From Utricularia gibba (lineage: Eukaryota > Plantae > Magnoliophyta): DNA of 64,000 bases. Shown piece after piece: positions 58,059 through 64,000 of this stretch. A model generated the notes under the pieces. It was not told the DNA's origin and ran no database searches. It saw nothing but the letters and a program-made list of their open reading frames with translations. Location of the stretch: contig CM007992.1 in assembly GCA_002189035.1 (NCBI GenBank), forward strand, positions 682,001 through 746,000, in the 5' to 3' direction. Position 1 is the first letter of the stretch, and every line of letters starts with the position of its first letter. The position numbers and the translations under genes are program-made.

Positions 58059-60158
58059 TCAGGAGAGTTCAGCAATGACCCGCTCGCACTTTTGTTCCAA
58101 GATCTTTACAGCTTCAGTGAAGAGTAATTCCGGAGGCAAAGCGCCTGTGGATTCAATTTTAACTGCAGAATGGAGAAAGCAAAATGAGCAATACCCTTGT
58201 GGAATTCAGTAACTAAAACTTAGAAAGTGATATCAGAAGCCTTAGACTTGCATATGAAGTGGTCTTTGACCCGCCTGACTGCAACAAGCTTTTCCCAATC
58301 CTCGCCACGGATACATTCCCGACAGAGCGTGCAAGCCCGTGGCCTGGCCACAGTGGCTCTCCTTCCACCTGAAGATCCTCAACACCCAAAAAATGTGAGC
58401 CATTTGCATACATGAATGGTGTGCATATACTGTCTCAGCAGAGCACCTGGGATATCTTCAATGTCAAACACTTTAACAGGACACCTCTTCACTAGTTCTT
58501 CCGCCTTATCACCTTTGATTTCCTCCAGCAATACAATCTGCAAGGACAGCAGCAGGCACATGAAGACTCAGAACAGTTCTCTGTACTACCTGGTACTGGA
58601 TAGTTCTAAACCAAAAAAATTTGTGGTATTGCTGTTTGTTTTAAGGGGAGATACGCTATCCGTAAATTTACGTGTAAAAGACGTATCATGCATACCTCTG
58701 GAAGCATCCTATACCATGCTGTTGCAACAGGAGACCATTTTGCATGTGTCTTACCAGCGCCTTTGTTAGCATGAGCCTCAAGTTCAATTTCCTGAAGAAT
58801 GTTACAAAAAACAATTCTGTGCATTTGTAATGCAGGAAAATGAAATACATTTTGATTCTGAACATACTTCACAACTACTCAGATAACTTTACTGGTTAAT
58901 TATCCCTATGCAGTCCCTATTATGGTATACACTAGCATAAAGGCTTATGGTTTCCTGGTATCAGTTACAAAATAACATTGGAAAATACCTGTCCAGGGCC
59001 GAGCCTGGCAATCAAAATGTCATTATTCCCGGCACCAATGGGGTCTTTAAATCCTGGCAATGAGTCCTGGCTACGACTGAATGATGTGCGGGTCCGTACC
59101 TTCGAACTGGAACCTGCACTAAACTCATCCAGTAACAGCTCACTTCCGTTTGGTAGCCACTTCAGTTCATTTGACTTCACTGCATCAAGTAGAGCAAACC
59201 ATGTGATCATTGTATAAATATTGGATAACAACCCAAAGTAACTTTCTGAACATAAAACACATGTTCAAGAATACATATAATACCTGATAAACGTGAATTC
59301 TTTTTTCACAACGTAAATGGAGTTTAAACACAATAGTGTTCTTTTCATTTGGTTCATCATTCTCTGCATAAATTCAACTCAAACATCAGCAAACATATGG
59401 GTTCTTTTTTTTTTTTGTTGATCAGCATAGCGCATATGGGTTAATATATTAAACCTGAAATGTAGTCAAAGAGCCTTGGATCTATTTTAAGTGGGATTAG
59501 ACCAAGCCTATGGGCAAGTGATTCATCTGGAATCACCGAGGTGTTATTTACAACAAATACATTCTGAATAGCCATTGTGGGAAGCTGGAGACAAAAATAA
59601 GCAAATAGATCAACCAATCGGAACTTAAAACCTCTCATGTAGATCCAATATCATTATCACACAAAAGATAACATAAAGCTTAATTCCAAAACAAAAACTT
59701 GGAGTCATTTGAAATTGAGGGAGAAGGGGTACACACCTCAGCTATAAGAATTCTTCGGAATGCATTGGCAATAGCAGCATCAATGCCGACCATATCAAAC
59801 TCTATGTCATCTTCATCAAGACTAACTATATCCACCCTGAAATTCTTTTTGAATTCCCCGAACGGCAAACTGTTATCCACTCCCATTGAAGCATAAGCCC
59901 TGAGTACTGGATGCTCTCGGTCTTTCAACAAAATAAAATCCAAATAAAGATCACAAATAATTAGCATCAGAATCACTCAATGAGAAGTGAAAGATATAAA
60001 ATTTCACAAAGCTGAAACCCAACATGAGTAGGTGCTGCGGAAGTGCATAGAATACGAGTCCTCTGGAGCTCAATATGCGGCGGCAGCACCCCCTTGGGTA
60101 CATCAGGCAAATCCCATACAGGTATTTTTGGAGTTTTTTTACTCTTTACGTCGACCAT
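58059..60158 (-). CDS. RPAC1: RNA polymerase I and III shared subunit RPAC1 (AC40); one-base frameshift at 59301-59306
   Basis: [21 protein letters not shown]; [21 protein letters not shown]|LPTMAI...[19 protein letters not shown]; [16 protein letters not shown]; [11 protein letters not shown]; [18 protein letters not shown]; [10 protein letters not shown]; [10 protein letters not shown]; [21 protein letters not shown]. Confidence 0.95.
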
Positions 60159-60709
60159 CTTCGAAAAATTTCCTTTCAGAGTGCCGATCGCATAGGTTTC
60201 CGTACAACTTTCTTGCCTGAAGGAATTAACACAGATGACAACAAGAATCAAGACTCGTTTCACTAAATAACCTCAGCAACGTCTAAAATCCCAACATGAA
60301 CCCTTATACACACTAAGAGAACACATTGATAAAGACACTTCCAGAATCCCATAAGAGACCCGCATTGATACATCCCCCTTCAGCAAGCAGTAGTTTTTTT
60401 CAGGATGAACTTCAGAAATAGCAGTACAACCTTCCCTACTTGTATATGTAACGTGAAGATTAATCAGAACATGAACCCTTTAACTACCAAAGAAACTAGA
60501 GACCTCTTCCAGCCATGAATCAAACACGTTCCTTTTCCATTGCTAACCGTCGCAATCTATACCGCGAGTAGAACAACAACACAAAAGCGAAGTAGTGAAC
60601 TCAAACACATAACTTTTCGCGCCCAGAAAACTAAAACCTGAAAAAAAAATAAAGGGAAACTCAACTGGGAAGATAGGAGAAGGAACAGAGAGCAGCGGAT
60701 TGCACCTTC

Positions 60710-60910
60710 GTCTAAGTGCGTGCGTGGGCACACCACTATGGATACTTAAGGGTTTAGGTCCATAATATTGGGGCCTAGGCTTGGGCCGGTAAGCGAGATT
60801 TAGTGCATAAGAGAAAATGGGATTTTCCGACAACGGAGCCCGAAGTTTCAATTTTGAAACACCACACTTGGCGTCCCCCGACCGCCCGAGCCCCACTTCA
60901 CCTCGTGCCC
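60710..60910. promoter_or_regulatory. Bidirectional promoter region between RPAC1 and the RING gene
   Basis: Divergent genes; site II TGGGCC/GGGCCT near 60768-60788 and a telo-like AAGGGTTTAG near 60748. Confidence 0.5.
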
Positions 60911-61101
60911 ACAATCATTTCTTGTTGAGGATTACACATTTTTCCTTGCAAGTGCTGTAAATGCTATCTGCTTTCGGATCTGAGATTCAAAAGTTTTTGT
61001 GGCGTTTCATCAGGTGTTCAAATTCATGAGCTGTGTTTTGAAACATATGTTTCTCGGGTAGTGGGGTGGTGCTGATTTGACCTATCGGTGGATTTCAAGG
61101 C

Positions 61102-63341
61102 ATGGGTTTGAGCAGCAGCAAGCATAATGCTGCTGGCCCATCTTCAAATTCGTCGCCGGCGCCGTCATGCGGTGCCTTTATGCGGAGGAGCCGATCCGTG
61201 AAAAGCAGAGTTTTGAATTCTTCTTGCCTTCGGCCTAGTAGTTCGGATCCGGAGGATGCCAAGGTGATTTTGTTAGCCCCCACTTAGCTTTATTGTTTTG
61301 TTTCTTGTCTTTTTTCCGTCGTCGGTGAAGATCCGATTTTGGTTACAATCATTCTGCGTTTTCTGATGATTTTGCTGCCTTTTATCTGTTTGAGAGTATG
61401 CCTGAAGGAACTTTGTTGCGATTCCTTGTGTTGAGTGCTGGGATTCGGCGTGATGATTGAATCTTTTCAGCACAAGAGTTGTTCTTTCTGTTTGAATTCT
61501 TTTGTTCTTCATACATGTGATTAGAATTCCGGTAATCAGTTGGATAAAACCGTTCAGGGTTCCGAGTCTTCGTGCAAAGAAAATTACAAGACTCTTGGAT
61601 GTCAAAGAAAGAGAAAACCAAGTTATTACCAGCAGAGTAATGAAAGCACAAATTCCTTTGAGTCTGGAGATGGCATTACTTCTCGTGAAATGTCATCATG
61701 CTCACTGAACCCTCCTAGTAGATTGCTTTCTCGCTTAAGTTTCTACCCCGGAAACTTAAGCTTCCGAATGCCCCAAGTTCGGAATTTGCGGAGCTCCTCA
61801 GGATCTTTCTCTGCGTCTTCAGGAGGCTTTGGAGTTTCAAATGAGAAAGATGAATTCAGTGTTCCCTCTGATGCTGTAGCAAGTAGAAATTCTGGCTCAC
61901 GAGGTTGTGATTTATTTGTCCCTCGCTTTCCTAGCAGGTCTGTAAGAAGACAGGGGGACACCTCTGCGTCAGATTCGAGCCCTTCTTCATTCTCTGAAGA
62001 TGAAGATCATCGTGTACGTGCTCATGATATCTTAGGGAGTGGCAGCAACACAAGGGTTGAGCGTAACCTGAATTCATTGCCTCAGTTCAATCAGAATCAC
62101 TCTGATGGTGCTGGAATTAGCCAATGTGAAAGAAGGGTACCTGCTAGAGAACCTGTAGAAAGAAATGTTCGTTTTAGTAGAACATTAAGTGTTGGAAGGC
62201 TTCGTGATAGAGTTCTCCGCCGAGGTACACCTTCTGGCTCAGAGTTTTCACATTTTGAACCAGCCAGAGAACTGAGGTTTAATAGCCGGGTTTCGGCGAG
62301 ACGAGCCTTAGGTCTTGATGAAGAGGATGCACCAAGAGATACTCATGTCTTGGGCCTCCAGGTTTCCTCTGATAATCCCTCATCTAGTTCTCACCCTGTG
62401 TATGGTGGCGAAACTACTGCTCAGGAAACAGCGCGAGCTAGAGCAAGAGAGGCCAGGTATGCTGATCTCCTGGAGCATAGATCACATTTCCTTGAACGGA
62501 GAAGAAGAATAAGATCTCATGTATGCATATCCTTCCTTTCTCAATCCTTGTGTTGGTTCACGTTGGAAACTAGAATAGATTCTGAATAGACCTCTGCTCA
62601 TCTTTAGGTGCGTGCACTTCAACGCCTGGGGAGCCGATTTGAGACCTTATCCAGCCATGAAAGGTCATGTATCTTATCTGGCCAGCACCGTGGAGGTCAG
62701 TGTGATTGCCAAATAACTCCACAGCAAGCAAGCGTAAATGGTGATGGAAATGCAACAGCTAGTATATCACGAATCGTCATGCTAGCTGAGGCCCTCTTTG
62801 AGGTAATGCAGTTCTCACCCGGCATCACTGGCTCTTTTCATACCATACTCAAGAACTACTATTACTAGGTTCTGGACGAGATTCATCAGCAATCAGTTGT
62901 GCTGTCTTCCCGTCCTTCCCCCTCGTCAATCGGATCCATACCAGCTCCCAATGAAGTGGTTGACTCCCTCCCATTGAAGGCTTTCAGTAAACTGAAAAAG
63001 AAATCCACGGAAGACACTGCACAGTAAGTTAATATTACCTCTTTGTTCCTTCACTTCAATGAATGGCAAAAAACTGATCGGTTTTGTGAAATTGAATAGA
63101 TGTTACATATGCTTGGTTGAGTACGAGGAAGGAGACAGCATGAGAATATTACCTTGTCATCATGAGTTTCACAGAGCCTGCGTTGACAAATGGCTCAAAG
63201 AAATTCACAGGTTTGTCCTTCTGTCTTCCCAGAACGCATGTCACAGTCGCTCCTTTGTAAGTTTACACATCATGGTTCTGTTTCAGGGTATGCCCACTTT
63301 GCCGGGGAGACATCTGCCGGCAAGAACCATCATCAGCCTGA
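61102..63341 (+). CDS. RING-H2 E3 ubiquitin ligase with possible N-myristoylation start (MGLSSS), 6 exons
   Basis: [18 protein letters not shown]; [18 protein letters not shown]|[12 protein letters not shown]...CILSGQH; [14 protein letters not shown]|[15 protein letters not shown]...PAPNEVV; [37 protein letters not shown]|[10 protein letters not shown]. Recalled as resembling At5g45290. Confidence 0.93.
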
Positions 63342-63709
63342 CATTGTTTTCGAGTATCTCAACTTCCCAGAAGGCGGCAGCCTTCCTTTGCATTCCTGCT
63401 GTTTCTTCCTTCTTCATGTGTAGGCCTCACGAGGAGAACATTTGAGAAAAAACGATGTTGAATTTGCTTCATCACATCCATTAAAGATGCTTCATTTGTT
63501 GGTGCGTGAAGCAGACTTGATCCATCTTCAGCAGATTGAAGGTTCAGAGAACTCACATTGTGATATTCTTCAGTTGACAGCGGCTATGGTTGAGGCTTAA
63601 ACTAAAAACGCAATTTTTGTTGTTTTTTTGTGCCGACGGTCATGGTCTCCCACGTTAGCAACCGCCTCGTACTTGAATTCTGGCGTCTCATTTCTCAGAG
63701 CATGCTTCG

Positions 63710-64000
63710 ATGGCGACCGTGAATTTCTCACGGCAACTGTTCGCGTTACCCAAAATGCAAGCGGGTTTCGTAAACACATCGTACTTCGCTCTCTCCCTCT
63801 ATGGCAATACTGGAAACTCCGTCCGCTCGCCGTCGCCGCGACTGAAAATCAACGGGTATGCTAGCGGTCGTGTTAGTAGCAGCTTTGAGAATCGACGGAA
63901 TGACGGTTTCATCAACGGGAAGGTGTACAAGAGGCTTGATTCTTGTCTGGTGATTCCACCAGCAAATGGTAAAAAGCCAAAAGCTTTGATTAAATTTCTG
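63710..64000 (+). CDS. DUF1350 family (alpha/beta-hydrolase-like) plastid-targeted protein; 5' part only
   Basis: Open frame to the window end: MATVNFSRQLFALPKMQAGF...(transit-peptide-like)...VYKRLDSCLVIPPANGKKPKALIKFL, matching the recalled plant DUF1350 start (LGSCLVISPP-GRKPRAIIKFLGGAF). Confidence 0.8.
   Translation, partial: MATVNFSRQLFALPKMQAGFVNTSYFALSLYGNTGNSVRSPSPRLKINGYASGRVSSSFENRRNDGFINGKVYKRLDSCLVIPPANGKKPKALIKFL

Noticed and set aside
1-64000. tRNA, rRNA, CRISPR, LTR or transposase sequences
   Set aside because: No T-loop or cloverleaf, rRNA motif, repeat-spacer array, or RT, integrase or transposase peptide was seen by eye; tRNAscan-SE and Infernal would be needed to exclude small RNAs.

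Overview
Eukaryotic nuclear DNA from a eudicot with an unusually compact genome. I can support 25 protein-coding genes (two cut by the window edges; about one per 2.6 kb, with many introns of 58-90 nt), one RLCK-VII kinase pseudogene and one orphan ORF. The gene density and intron size resemble Lentibulariaceae (Utricularia/Genlisea), but that is inference. I found no rRNA, tRNA, CRISPR array or intact transposon. Four otherwise intact conserved genes (folate-biopterin transporter, type I MADS, APE2, RPAC1) each need exactly one base added to a homopolymer run, which points to long-read consensus errors rather than gene loss. I cannot demonstrate a wholly new system. The strongest leads are: (1) a ~1 kb degenerate tandem array with about 21 same-strand TGGGCY site II motifs between divergent genes; (2) a ~190 bp module present twice upstream of a group IId WRKY, with both W-boxes retained; (3) an orphan 106-aa Gly/Gln-rich ORF between NOM1 and the MADS gene; (4) a 36-aa OST4 gene missed by the ORF track, head-to-head with SNU13; (5) a neighbourhood of rRNA-biogenesis genes (NOM1, eIF4A-III, SNU13, RPAC1); (6) reversed 3' GC3 gradients next to AT-rich intergenic islands. 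Homolog names and Arabidopsis IDs are recalled from memory, not from a search. All counts are by hand.
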